Positions 38,971-49,300 of a stretch of DNA of 64,000 bases are shown piece after piece. Within the stretch, counting starts at the first letter, position 1; each line of letters starts with the position of its first letter. Below the pieces are notes generated by a model that made no database searches, was not told the DNA's origin, and was given only the letters and a program-made list of their open reading frames with translations. A program made the position numbers and the translations under genes. Origin of the DNA: an uncultured Thermoplasmata archaeon. GTDB lineage: Archaea > Thermoplasmatota > Thermoplasmata > Lutacidiplasmatales > UBA184. The stretch lies in the NCBI GenBank assembly GCA_963842165.1, contig CAWJFK010000029.1:24048-88047 (forward strand), in the 5' to 3' direction.

Positions 38971-40245
38971 ATGACGGTCAACCAGTGGTCTTCCTCGACG
39001 TCGTCGGTCCGTCGGGACCGATGGCTGTTGATGGGCGCCCGGACGGCCCGGGGTTCGGGGCGGGCGCGCTGTCGATCGTGATCGCCCTCGACCTCGCAGG
39101 GGCGCGCTACTCGTCCCTCGAGATCGGCCTCGTCTTGGGGCTTGCCCTGGGCGGAGCGGCGGTCTGGGCCCTGGCCGTCCCGCGGATCGAGTTGCGCTGG
39201 CGACGTCGAACGGTCTTCGCGTTGGCCGCGGTCGCGCTCGCGATCGGAGGTCTGCTCCTTTGGATCGAGCGTCGCCAACCCGGGCGTCGTGCTCTCGGCC
39301 CTGCTTCTCGGAGGAATCGTGGCGGGTGGGGCGGACGTGAGCCCTCTCGGGGCGCTCGAGCAGGCCGCGTTGGCCGGCACGATCCCGGACCGGGAGCGAA
39401 CGCAGACGTACTCGGTCTACAACCTCCTCGGTTACGTGGGCGCGGCCCTGGGTGCGCTCGCGGCCGGACCCCTATACGGTCTGGGGGGGTCGGGAATCCC
39501 CGGATTTCCGTCGGGGCCCCACGATGTCACGCTCCTCTTCTACGGACTGCTCGGTCTCGCCCTCGTCCCGCTCTACCGGGCTCTCTCCTCGGAGGTCGAT
39601 CGCCAGGCGAGACGCGAACGTCCGTCTCCGCTTTCACCGGCGAGCCGGCCGGTCGTCTACTCGCTCTCCGCGCTGTTCTCGGTCGACGCGTTCGCGGGGG
39701 GGCTCATCGTGAACAGTCTCGTGGTCTATTACTTTGAGAGCCAGTTCCACCCTGAGGTCTCCGTCCTCGGGCTCGTCTTCTTCCTCAGCAACCTGGCCGC
39801 CGGACTCTCGCTCGTTCTAGCCGCCCCACTCGCCCGACGTTTCGGCCTCGTGAACACGATGGTCTTCAGCCACATCCCATCGAACGTCTTCCTCATCCTA
39901 GTGGTCTTCGCCCCGTCGTTCCTGTTCGCATCGACTCTCTGGGTCGCGCGGGCGACCTTGTCCCAGATGGACGTCCCCACCCGCCAGTCGTACACTCAGG
40001 CGATCGTCCCGGCCGAGGACCGCGCGGCCGCGGCCGGGTACACGACTGCGGCCCGCAGCTGCCAGGCATTCGGCGCTCCGGTAACGGGGGCATTCCTCAC
40101 CGCGGGAGGGCCTTGGGTGGCGGCCCCGTTCGCTCTGGCCGGATGCGTGAAGATCGGGTATGACGTCGCAGTCTACTCCCGGTTCCGGAGGCTTCGACCC
40201 CCCGAAGAGCAGCCGAGCGCCGGGCGGACGGGCCGGCCCGGATGA
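38971..40245 (+). CDS. MFS transporter, with two frame breaks
   Basis: The protein runs across three frames: MTVNQWSSSTSSVRRDRWLLMGARTARG / FGAGALSIVIALDLAGARYSSLEIGLVLGL...LAIGGLLLWIERRQPG / VVLSALLLGGIVAGGADVSPLGALEQAAL...VFSHIPSNVFLILV.... Breaks lie near 39055 and 39285. Confidence 0.65.
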
Positions 40246-40603
40246 GCCGGTGCGGTCGGACCTGACCTATCCGCCGCTTCCGCCGGTGTGCACGGCGCCG
40301 CTGTCGCTAGTGGCCACGCTGCCAGTGGTGTGTCCGCACGCGGGGCAGGTGGTGGTGTTGGTCGGGAGAGGCTTCTGACAGTTCTCGCAGAGCGTCGGTT
40401 CTGTCACGGAACGGCGAAGACGAGGGGTCGGATGAACGTTCCGAGGGTGTCGCCTTCCCGGCGTGAGCTACTGCAGGAAGGCGGGCGGGTAGCGGTTGCC
40501 GGCCTCGGCAGGCGCGACCTGAGGGGAGAGCCCGCTCCGAACCATCGTGCTGTCCGACCGACGGGAATAAGAGGGGGCCGCCGCGTGGGAACACTGGTTC
40601 GCT

Positions 40604-42431
40604 GTGCCCACTTCCGGTCCGTCGTCGGGAGCTCCGCCCGCGCCCGTCGAGGTCCCGAAGCAGGCCTTCTCGCTGACCCTCAGCTCGGGGGCCGTCTTCG
40701 CCGCGAGCCTCCTGGTCCAGGTTCTGGGGCTGATTGGCAGCATCGTCCTCATCAAACAGACCAACGGCGCGCAGCACCTGGCCCTCGTCGCCATCGTCGG
40801 GACGGTCCAGCTGTTCCTCCTGCTCGGCTCGTCGATCAACGGCATTGGAGATTTGCGACTCGGAACGGCCTACACCTACTTCCTCGCCCGGGGAAAGCCG
40901 GCGACCGACAACACGACGACGTACTTCGTCGTCCGCCTCGTCATGGTCGGAGCCGCCGGCCTCGTGCTGTTCCTCCTGGGGCCGCTCTCCCTGGGCGGGC
41001 AGCAGCTCGTCTCGGGCGACCAGGAGGTCCTCGCGTTCGGGCTGTTCATGGCTCTCCCGCTGCTCTGGTCGTTCTCGACCGTCTACAACTCAATGTTCAT
41101 TGGCGAAGGGAACTCGCTGAAGGCCCAGTATCCTTCACTGGTCGAATCGCTCGCGCGCCTGCCGTTCCTGTTCTACGTCGCGTACCACGATTTCTCGATC
41201 CTGGGGATCACGCTCGCGTACGTCGCAGGCGCCGCCGCGTCGGCCGTGTTCAGTCTGCCCGCCGTCTATGCGCGAATGAGGCGCTTCCGCCGGCAGGAAG
41301 CGGTCCGCCTGTTTCGGTTTGCGTGGCCGCTCATGGCCAGCCTGCTGATCAACTACCTCGTCACCAACTCGGTCCCGCTCATCGTCGGCATCGGACTCGG
41401 CACCAAGCTCCTGTCGGTCTTCCTGGCCGCGAACGGGTTCCGCATCCTCATCCTCTCGCTGCCCGCGGCGATCGCGACCCCGCTGTTCCCGTACTTGGCG
41501 GGGTTACATCGGCAAGAGAAGTATGAGGGCATCCGCCAGGGGACGTGGCAGGCGCTTCGTTTCTCGGCGATGCTGCTCGTCCCCGGCGTCGTGGCCCTGG
41601 TGACTTACCGGTACAACTTCCTCAACGTCTTCTACACGTCGTACTACGCGTCGCAAGGCGCGCTCGCCATGGCGCTCCTATCGGTGGGCGCCTTGCCGCT
41701 CGCCCTCAGTCAGGTGATGCAGTCGAGCATCAACGCGATCGGCCGGCAGCGCCTCGAGCTCTACATCACGAGCAGCCAGGTGGTGGTGCTCTTCGCCGCG
41801 GTGGCCCTGATCGTCCCCCCGTGGGGGCCGCTGTCGGTCCATCCGGGGGTCGTCGCCGGAGCGACGGCGATCCTCGCCTCGTCGATCGCCGCGCTGGTCC
41901 TCAACACGTACTTCATGGAGACGCTCATCCGGGTCCACATCCACCCTGGGTCGATCATCGCCATCACCGTCAGCGCCGCCGGCTCGTTCGCCTCCCTGTG
42001 GGTGATCAACCACAACATTCACCCCGGATCCCACGGGGGCGATCGCGGCGGGGGTAGGCGACCGGTTCGCGACCCTTTGGCTCGCCCTCCACAGTTCCTC
42101 CCCCGTCAGTACGTGGTACGAGCTCCTCACCGTCGTGGTGATCGGGTTCGTCGCGTACTTCGTCATCCTGGCCCTCATCGGGGAGCTCACCCGCACCGAC
42201 GTCCGTCGCATCGGCCACTCCCTCGGCCTCCCGAACGATCTCGTCGAGACGCTCGCCGACGTTCCGTGGAAAGAGAATCCACCGGACCTCGCCCCGGTCG
42301 ACCTCACCACCGCTCCCGGGTTGCGGTCGACCGAGTTGCCGGAGACGTTCAGCGGCACCCGGGAGATGCCAGAGATCCTCTCAGAGGACGAGAGCGGTCC
42401 GCCCTCCAACGGGTCCCGACCCCCGCCCTAG
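40604..42431 (+). CDS. Polysaccharide/oligosaccharide flippase (MOP/Wzx-like), frameshifted as sequenced
   Basis: It is a polytopic membrane protein of the expected length, with LFRFAWPLMASLLINYLVTNSVPLIVG.. and QSSINAIGRQRLELY. The C-terminus continues in the frame of ORF 42135..42431 (...STWYELLTVVVIGFVAYFVILALIGEL). The break is near 42020. Confidence 0.6.
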
Positions 42432-42583
42432 CCCCCCTTGGGTCGGAGAACCGTGTCACGTTGTATCGCTCCTCGCTAATCGGGGTTTACGGCGGGAAAA
42501 CGTGGAAGAACCCGCGTCTTGTCGCTGCGCGAGATTCGCAGAGCTTATCCCCACCTACTCGCTGCTAAGACCGAGGAATCACC

Positions 42584-42979
42584 ATGGTCCACATCGAGAT
42601 CCGGCCCGCGGCCGCCGAGCAGGTCAAGACCCTGATGCGGGGTCAGCAGCCCGAGATCGGGGTCCGCGTCTACGCCCAACCCGGTGGGGGGGGCTGCGGA
42701 TGCGGCGGCGGGGCCAGCGCGATCCGGTTCGGCATGGCCTTCGCCAAGCCCCGTTCCGACGACGACGTCGTTCGCTCGGACGGATTCGCGATCCTCGTCG
42801 ACCCCACGAGCACGAAGTTCGTGGACGGTGCCGTCATCGACTACGTGGAGAGCCTCAGCGAGTCCGGCTTCAAGATCACGAACCCGACGCTGCCCGAGCC
42901 CGACGAGGGCGGAAAGGCCGGCGGATGCGGGTCCTGCGGAGAGAGCTCCGCCTCCGGCGGCGGCTGCGGGTGCGGTTAG
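42584..42979 (+). CDS. HesB/IscA-family iron-sulfur cluster assembly protein with Gly/Cys-rich insertions
   Basis: IEIRPAAAEQVKTLM...GVRVYAQPGGGGCGCGGG...FGMAFAKP...DGFAILVDPTSTKFVDGAVIDYVESLSESGFKITNP, followed by a GGCGSCGESSASGGGCGCG tail. Confidence 0.7.
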   Translation: MVHIEIRPAAAEQVKTLMRGQQPEIGVRVYAQPGGGGCGCGGGASAIRFGMAFAKPRSDDDVVRSDGFAILVDPTSTKFVDGAVIDYVESLSESGFKITNPTLPEPDEGGKAGGCGSCGESSASGGGCGCG

Positions 42980-43058
42980 ACCGGTCGCTCCCGTTACCCG
43001 GGACGGCGTTCTTCCCCGGCGTGGGGCGGTCCGAGGACGGGCCGTCCCCGGCCCCACG

Positions 43059-43985
43059 ATGAGCGTCGAGCCGCTGTGGAGTGAGAACCTCCGCAAGACC
43101 TACCGTACGAAAGGGACGCCCCCGGTCGAGGCGCTCGCCGGCGTCTCGATGAACGTCCACCCGGGGGAGCGGGTCGCCCTCCTCGGCCGGAACGGTGCCG
43201 GGAAGACGACGTTCCTCCGCATCGCGTCCACCCTGCTCCGACCGACATCGGGGTCGATCCGGGTCTTCGGGCACGACGTCTCCGAACACCCGGAGCGGGC
43301 CCGCCCGTACATCGCGGTCGTCCCCCAGGAAGGGAAGCCGTTCTTCCACCTGCCTCCGCGGGAGATGATCTACACCTACCTCCGCGCCCGGGGACTCTCC
43401 CGAGAAACCTCCCAGAGCCGTACGGAGGAAGCGATCGAGCGGATGGGACTCACGGAGTTCGCCGACCGCCTCTGCATCACCCTCTCGGGAGGCCAGCGGC
43501 AGCGGACGATGGTCGCGACCGTGATCGCGACCCAGGCGCCGCTCCTTTTCCTCGACGAGCCGACCATCGGGATGGATCCGTTCGCCCGACGGGAGGTCTG
43601 GGCGTCCCTGCGGGACCTGACGACCAAGGGCTCGACCATCCTGCTCACCACCCACTACCTCGACGAGGCCGAGGCGTTGAGCCACCGGTTGTACATCGTC
43701 GAGCGGGGCCAGGTCATCGTTAGCGGGACGGCGGACGACCTGAAACGCTCGGTCGGCGGGACGCTCAAGGTCTCACTGCCCGAGGGAGCCAACCATGTGG
43801 ACGAATTCCGCTCGTTCGGCGAGGTCGTCGCGGACGGAAAATCGCTCACGATCATCGTCCATCCCGAGCGGCTCGGGGAGCTCATGGACCGGGCCATCCG
43901 GCTCCAGCTCACCGCCACGGTCGGGCCGGTCACTCTCGAGGAGGCGTTCCTGCGGGTCGTGGGACGGAAGATCGATGAGGACTGA
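43059..43985 (+). CDS. ABC-2 type exporter ATP-binding protein
   Basis: From the ATG at 43059: LLGRNGAGKTTFLRI (Walker A), LSGGQRQR, LLFLDEPTIGMDP, LLTTHYLDEAE. Confidence 0.85.
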   Translation: MSVEPLWSENLRKTYRTKGTPPVEALAGVSMNVHPGERVALLGRNGAGKTTFLRIASTLLRPTSGSIRVFGHDVSEHPERARPYIAVVPQEGKPFFHLPPREMIYTYLRARGLSRETSQSRTEEAIERMGLTEFADRLCITLSGGQRQRTMVATVIATQAPLLFLDEPTIGMDPFARREVWASLRDLTTKGSTILLTTHYLDEAEALSHRLYIVERGQVIVSGTADDLKRSVGGTLKVSLPEGANHVDEFRSFGEVVADGKSLTIIVHPERLGELMDRAIRLQLTATVGPVTLEEAFLRVVGRKIDED

Positions 43986-44748
43986 TCCTCCGATGGAGGT
44001 CATCCGGCCGACCCGACCGTTCGGCGGGACCCTCGCCTTCCTCTGGACCGAGGTGCTCGTGCAGACGCACGAGTCCCTCGCGATGGCGACCGCGATGGTG
44101 ACGCAGACGGTGCTCCTCGTCTTCGTCTACATCCTCAACCCGGGCCTCCTTGGGGTGGCCCTCATCGGCTCCGTGCTGTTCTCCGCGTTCGCTCTCGGCC
44201 AGCGCGTCCTCAACGAGGCCGCGTACATCCGCATCGACCACAAGGCGAACGACCTCTACCTTGCGGGGCCGATGAGCCCGGAAGGGTACTTCCTCGGGAT
44301 GGCGGGCGGCATTCTGGTCGTCTATGTCGCACCGATCGCTCTCCTCGGCGGTCTCGCCGTCGTGATCGGCCACCTCTCGCTCACGACCTCCCTCGCCCTG
44401 CTCGGCCTGGCGGGACTGGTCTGGCTGTTCGCGGCGTCGATCGGCTACATCTTCTCGACGTTCTTCCGCGACAACCGGGCGATCTGGGCGTACGCCAGCT
44501 TGTTCTTCAACGTCTTCGGCGTCCTCCCGCCGGTGTTCTACCCGTTCGGATTCTTCCCACCGGCCCTCCAGCCGGTCGCGCTCCTCATGCCACCGAGCGC
44601 CGCGGCCGCGCTCCTTCAGTCCCGGATCGGCGTGACCGCCCTCTCGACCGGTCAGTGGGAGCTCGCCCTCTTCGGACTCATCGCCGAGACCGCCTTCGTC
44701 TTCCTCCTCGCGATCTTCTGGGCCCGCCGCACCGTCCGGGGGCCCTAG
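43975..44748 (+). CDS. ABC-2 type transporter permease
   Basis: A polytopic membrane protein immediately after the ATPase. The ATG at 43975 overlaps the ATPase stop; an alternative ATG lies at 43993. Confidence 0.65.
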   Translation: MRTDPPMEVIRPTRPFGGTLAFLWTEVLVQTHESLAMATAMVTQTVLLVFVYILNPGLLGVALIGSVLFSAFALGQRVLNEAAYIRIDHKANDLYLAGPMSPEGYFLGMAGGILVVYVAPIALLGGLAVVIGHLSLTTSLALLGLAGLVWLFAASIGYIFSTFFRDNRAIWAYASLFFNVFGVLPPVFYPFGFFPPALQPVALLMPPSAAAALLQSRIGVTALSTGQWELALFGLIAETAFVFLLAIFWARRTVRGP

Positions 44749-45531
44749 ATGACCACCGTCGAGGAGCAGTTCCCGGACCTTCCGACCACGGGCCGGGCCA
44801 TCCCGTCCTTCGGCCTCGTGGGGTGGCGATGGATCAGCCGGAACCCCGCCGTCACCATCACCCCGGTCCTTCTCCCGTTCATCTTCCTCTACTTTCTCTC
44901 GTTGATCTCCCCGCCCGCGCTATTGCCGCTCGAGATCGTGGGCGCGATGCTGTTCACGATGCAGAACATCGGTTCCTGGGTGCTCGGGGACAGCGCCACC
45001 TGGCGGATCGAGTGCTCCCTCCAGGACATGTTCGTCGCGAGCCCGCTCAGTCGGATCCGCTACCTGTTCGGGGTCGCCTTCTCGAACCTGATCGCGATGA
45101 TCCCGGCGCTGGTGATCCTCTTCCTCCTCCTCGATTGGGTCGGGGGGGCGCGCGGCCACCCCGTGACGTGGCTCGTCGTGGTCACGCTGTTCGTGAGCCT
45201 CTTCACGCTCTGGGTCCTCTTCTCGGCAATCGGGATCGCGATCTCGAGCCGGGTGAGGACGCAGCGGGAGATCTGGCCGGTCGGGAACCTCACCTTCACC
45301 CTCTTGGGCATGCTCTCGCCGCTCTACTACCCGCTCTCCTCGCTGCCCCCCGACTGGCAAGCAGCGGCCCATTTCCTCCCGACGACCTACGCCGCGCTCC
45401 TCGTCCAGGGCGCGCTCGGGATCACCCCGGCCACGTCCGCCCAGATGGTCCTCTACGCCGCGCTGCTCGGGGCGTGCGCCGTCGTCGGGCTATTCATCTG
45501 CCTTCGACTTTACCGGTGGGGGGAAGCCTGA
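44749..45531 (+). CDS. ABC-2 type transporter permease (second subunit)
   Basis: A 260-aa polytopic membrane protein directly abutting the previous permease. Confidence 0.65.
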   Translation: MTTVEEQFPDLPTTGRAIPSFGLVGWRWISRNPAVTITPVLLPFIFLYFLSLISPPALLPLEIVGAMLFTMQNIGSWVLGDSATWRIECSLQDMFVASPLSRIRYLFGVAFSNLIAMIPALVILFLLLDWVGGARGHPVTWLVVVTLFVSLFTLWVLFSAIGIAISSRVRTQREIWPVGNLTFTLLGMLSPLYYPLSSLPPDWQAAAHFLPTTYAALLVQGALGITPATSAQMVLYAALLGACAVVGLFICLRLYRWGEA

Positions 45532-45692
45532 GCGCAGCAGTGGGAACGTTCATACGGTGCGCGTCCATAGAGCACGTGGTGCCCTCTCGCACGAACCTCG
45601 TTCCTCGGTCTCGGCCGCACCGGCCGCAGTCTCGAGGCTCTTCTCGGACGTTCCGTTCCCTCCCCGTGGGAGGCCGGTAAGAGAACCGAACG

Positions 45693-46011
45693 ATGGGCAA
45701 CAATGAGTTTGATGAGATCCTGTCCGCGCTCGACCGCGAGACCGCCCGCATCCGGGTGCGCGCCGAGCCCCGGCGCTACAACAAGCCCGCGACCGTGATC
45801 TCCGGGATTCCCGCCGGGCGTCGACCTGGAGGAGACGACCCGGACGCTCAAGAACCGGCTCGCGACGGGGGGATCGGTCGTCGACGGGGAGGTCTACCTG
45901 CAGGGCGACCACCGGACCCGCATCCGTGCGGAGCTCGCGAAGCTCGGCTTCGACCCCGAGACCGTCGAGGTCTCCGACGCGGCTCTCCCCAAGCGCGGCC
46001 GCCGCGGATAG
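45693..46011 (+). CDS. sui1: Translation initiation factor aIF1/SUI1, frameshifted as sequenced
   Basis: ARIRVRAEPRRYNKPATVISGIPAG / VDLEETTRTLKNRLATGGSVVDGEVYLQGDHRTRIRAELAKLGFDPETVEV. The break is near 45819 and the stop is at 46009-46011. Confidence 0.8.
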
Positions 46012-46086
46012 TCCGCGGGGGCCGAATCGGTAGAATCCTGCGTCAAAAGGCCACTTATCTGCGCCAATTGTGCAGGCCGGCGAGGC

Positions 46087-46093
46087 GTATATT
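46087..46093 (+). promoter_or_regulatory. Putative TATA box upstream of the rhodanese gene
   Basis: GTATATT lies 33-39 nt upstream of the ATG at 46126. Confidence 0.4.
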
Positions 46094-46125
46094 CGACCCT
46101 CGCTCCGACTCCGCCGAGAAGGTCC

Positions 46126-46983
46126 ATGGCGGCATACGCACACCCCGAAGTCCTCGTAGAGAACGACTGGCTGGTCTCGCACCTGAAGGACCCGAAGGTC
46201 CGCATCGCGGAGGTCGACTACGACCCCGCGGCGAACTACGAGCTCGGGCACCTGCCCGGCGCGGTCCTGTTCGACTGGCGCAAGGACATCAACGACCCCG
46301 TCGCGCGCGACATCCTCTCCTCCGAGGCGGCCCAGGCGCTCCTCCGGAAGGTGGGCGTCAGCGACGACACGACGCTCGTCCTCTACGGCGACTTCAACAA
46401 CTGGTTCGCAGCGTTCGCGTTCTGGGTGTTCGCCTACTACGGCGCGAAGAACCTCAAGATCCTGAACGGCGGCCGGAAGAAGTGGATCGCCGAGGACCGG
46501 CCCCTGACCAAGGAGGTCGTCCACCCCGCGGCGGGCCAATTCAAGGCCCACCCGGGGGACGCGAAGCTGCGAGCCTACCTCGACGACGTCCGGACCGGGC
46601 TCCCGGAGGTCAAGGCCGGGAAGCTCCACCTCGTGGACGTCCGCGGGCCGAAGGAGTTCTCCGGTGAGGTCACCGCGCCGCCCGAGTACCCGACAGAGCA
46701 CGCCCAGCGCGGCGGCCACATCCCCGGCGCGAAGAACATCCCCTGGGCCCAGGCGATCCGGGAGGACGGGACGTTCAAGTCCCGCGAGGAGCTGGAAGCG
46801 CTCTACGTCGGCAAGGGCGTCGTCTCGAGCGCACCCGTGATCACGTACTGCCGGATCGGCGAGCGTTCGAGCCACACCTGGTTCGTGCTGAAGTACCTGC
46901 TCGGCTACCCGAACGTCCGGAACTACGATGGGTCCTGGACCGAGTGGGGCAACCTGATCCGGACGCCGATCGAGAAGCCCTAG
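46126..46983 (+). CDS. sseA: Tandem-rhodanese sulfurtransferase (thiosulfate/3-mercaptopyruvate type)
   Basis: GHLPGAVLFDW...GGRKKWIAEDRPL...GHIPGAKNIPW...VITYCRIGERSSHTWFVLKYLLGYPNVRNYDGSWTEWG (active-site CRxGxR loop). Confidence 0.85.
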   Translation: MAAYAHPEVLVENDWLVSHLKDPKVRIAEVDYDPAANYELGHLPGAVLFDWRKDINDPVARDILSSEAAQALLRKVGVSDDTTLVLYGDFNNWFAAFAFWVFAYYGAKNLKILNGGRKKWIAEDRPLTKEVVHPAAGQFKAHPGDAKLRAYLDDVRTGLPEVKAGKLHLVDVRGPKEFSGEVTAPPEYPTEHAQRGGHIPGAKNIPWAQAIREDGTFKSREELEALYVGKGVVSSAPVITYCRIGERSSHTWFVLKYLLGYPNVRNYDGSWTEWGNLIRTPIEKP

Positions 46984-47019
46984 GGGCCCTCTTTCCGGCG
47001 CCCCAGGAACCCTTTCCGT

Positions 47020-47719
47020 TCAGGAGACGCCCCGCCGGCGGGGCACCGGGTGCGCATCCTTCCGGACCAGGAACTGGTGGAGCGCACCCTCCCGCCGATA
47101 GGTCCGGACCGTATGGCCGGTCTGGTCGCCCCAGCGCACCATCTCGATGGGGCTGGTCGGGTCGTCGGTCACGAGGAGGACGTGCGTGCCGGCCGGGCGG
47201 GCAAGGAGCTCCTCGTTCAGCATCGTGAGGACCGCGGAGCACTCGAGCCCGATCTCGTAGAGTTCGACGTCGGGCGTGGCCGGCCAGCAGCGGATCCGCT
47301 GCGAACGGATCCGGTCCGCCAGCCGGGCGGCGACCTGGTCCGCTCGTTCGAGGTACTTCGGGACGTCTGCCGGGCGTTCCGGTCGGACCCGGACGATCCA
47401 CCCGTCCGTGTACGGTGCGTCGTTGACCAGTCGCGGTCGCTCGGCGACGGCCCGGTTCCGCTCGAGCACCTCCGCGTCGACCGGTAGGCGGATGGCCCCG
47501 GTGAACCGGATGCTTTCCACGGTCGCCACACTTCGGCCCCGGCGAACGATCCCCTCGACCGGGCGGAAGGCGAGGCTCGTGAACGGTCCGGCGAAGGACG
47601 TGAGGGTGCCGAGCACCCCCACGCGGGCGGTCGCGCTCCCCTCCTCGGCCGCCCACCACACGCTCGTTCTCGAGGTCGTAGAGGCGGTCCTCGGGCAGGG
47701 GGCACCCCTCGATCTCCAC
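47020..47719 (-). CDS. GcvH-like domain fused to a TusA/SirA-like domain, frameshifted as sequenced
   Basis: N-terminus: EIEGCPLPEDRLYDLENE / VWWAAEEGSATARVGVLGTLTSFAGPFTSLAF...VESIRFTGAIRLPVDAEVLERN...APYTDGWIVRV (glycine-cleavage-H fold pattern). It continues with VELYEIGLECSAVLTMLNEEL...LLVTDDPTSPIEMVRW (TusA-like). The break is near 47658. Confidence 0.55.
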
Positions 47720-47881
47720 GACCGCCCGGAGGCGCGGGGAGGGCTAAAGTCCTACTCGCCGCCTGGGGGGAGGGCCGACCAGGGTCCCGCGGTTTCCCCG
47801 GACGCAGGACGCACGCCCATCCTCCCTTTTCGCAACTGTTAAACCCCCAGCCGGCTCGGCCGACCCCGAGGACCCTTCTCC

Positions 47882-49078
47882 ATGGGCCGCAACATCCAGG
47901 TCGAACCGCTCCGAACCGTCCACATCGAGGACCAAGCCATCGAGCTCGTGGAGCGCAAGGGGCTCGGCCACCCCGACTCCATCGCGGACGGGGTCTCCGA
48001 ATCGGTCAGCCGCGCCCTCTGCCGCCTCTACCTCGACGAGTACGGACGGATCCTCCACCACAACACGGACGAGACCCAGGTGGTCGGCGGCGCCTCGGAG
48101 CCGAAGTTCGGGGGAGGCAAGGTCACGAAGCCGATCTACCTGCTTCTGGTCGGACGGGCGACGACCGAGGTCAACCATGAAAAGCTCCCCATTCACGACA
48201 CGGCGATCGAGGCCGCCCGCAAGTACATCAAGGCGACCTGCCGCCACATCGACGTCGACCACGACGTCGAGTTCGACTCCAAGATCGGCGCCGGTTCGGT
48301 CGACCTCCGGGGCGTCTTCGAGCAGAAGAAGGTCCTCTCGAACGACACCTCGTTCGGCGTCGGCTTCGCCCCGCTCTCGGACACCGAGCGGCTGGTCCTC
48401 GAGACCGAGCGGTTCCTGACCCTCAAGCTCACCAAGAAGCTCGGCGCCCTCGGAGAGGACGTTAAGGTGATGGGCTACCGCCTCGACAACAAGATCCACC
48501 TCACGATCGCGGCGGCCCTGGTCGACCGCGACATCAAGGACGGCAAGGAGTACGAGTCGGTCTGCGACGAGATCCGCCAGAAGGTCGCGGACCAGGCGAC
48601 GAAGCTCACGCACCGCGAGGTCGAGATCGACGTCAACACCGCGGACGACCCCGAGCTCGGACGATACTACCTCACCGTCACGGGCTGCTCGATGGAAGCG
48701 GGGGACGACGGGTCGGTCGGCCGCGGGAACCGCGCCAACGGCCTCATCACCCCCTGCCGCCCGATGAGTCTCGAGGCCTCCGCCGGGAAGAACCCGGTCA
48801 ACCACGTCGGAAAGATCTACAACCTGCTCGGCAACCTGATCGCGGGCGACATCGTGAAGGAGGCGGGCGGGAACGTCAAGGAAGTCCACGTCAAGATCCT
48901 CTCCCAGATCGGGAAGCCGGTCGACGAGCCTCAGGTCGCGAGCCTCCAGATCCTGCCGTCGGAGGGCGTCAAGCTCTCGTCGGTCAAAGGGAAGGCCGAG
49001 GCGGTCGCGGAGACCTGGTTCGACCAGATCGACACGATCCCTCGCCGCCTCCTGACGGACAAGCTCACCGTCTTCTAG
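47882..49078 (+). CDS. metK: S-adenosylmethionine synthetase, archaeal type
   Basis: [51 protein letters not shown]...[26 protein letters not shown]. The ORF is intact at 398 aa. Confidence 0.9.
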   Translation: MGRNIQVEPLRTVHIEDQAIELVERKGLGHPDSIADGVSESVSRALCRLYLDEYGRILHHNTDETQVVGGASEPKFGGGKVTKPIYLLLVGRATTEVNHEKLPIHDTAIEAARKYIKATCRHIDVDHDVEFDSKIGAGSVDLRGVFEQKKVLSNDTSFGVGFAPLSDTERLVLETERFLTLKLTKKLGALGEDVKVMGYRLDNKIHLTIAAALVDRDIKDGKEYESVCDEIRQKVADQATKLTHREVEIDVNTADDPELGRYYLTVTGCSMEAGDDGSVGRGNRANGLITPCRPMSLEASAGKNPVNHVGKIYNLLGNLIAGDIVKEAGGNVKEVHVKILSQIGKPVDEPQVASLQILPSEGVKLSSVKGKAEAVAETWFDQIDTIPRRLLTDKLTVF

Positions 49079-49300
49079 GCGGGAACGTCGTTCCCGGGCC
49101 GGGCGGATGCCGGCCGCCATCGGCCCCGGTCGGGACTGAACAGGTCCGCGCGGACCGCAACGCTCGGTCCTCCGACGGCGGTCCCCCTCCTCCCGGGGGG
49201 GAAGGCCTGGGCACGATTCCCGCGCCGGCCGTCCTTCTAAATAGGTGAGGGACGCCCTCTAGTTCTTGCCGCGACCCCTCCGCGGGGACGTGAACTACGG

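Noticed and set aside
49081-49156. GC-rich hairpins after metK (GGGAAC-GTC-GTTCCC at 49081-49095; GGTCCGCGCGGACC at 49143-49156) as transcription terminators.
   Set aside because: Archaeal termination is mainly driven by oligo-T tracts and none follows these hairpins. Short GC palindromes are common by chance in GC-rich DNA.
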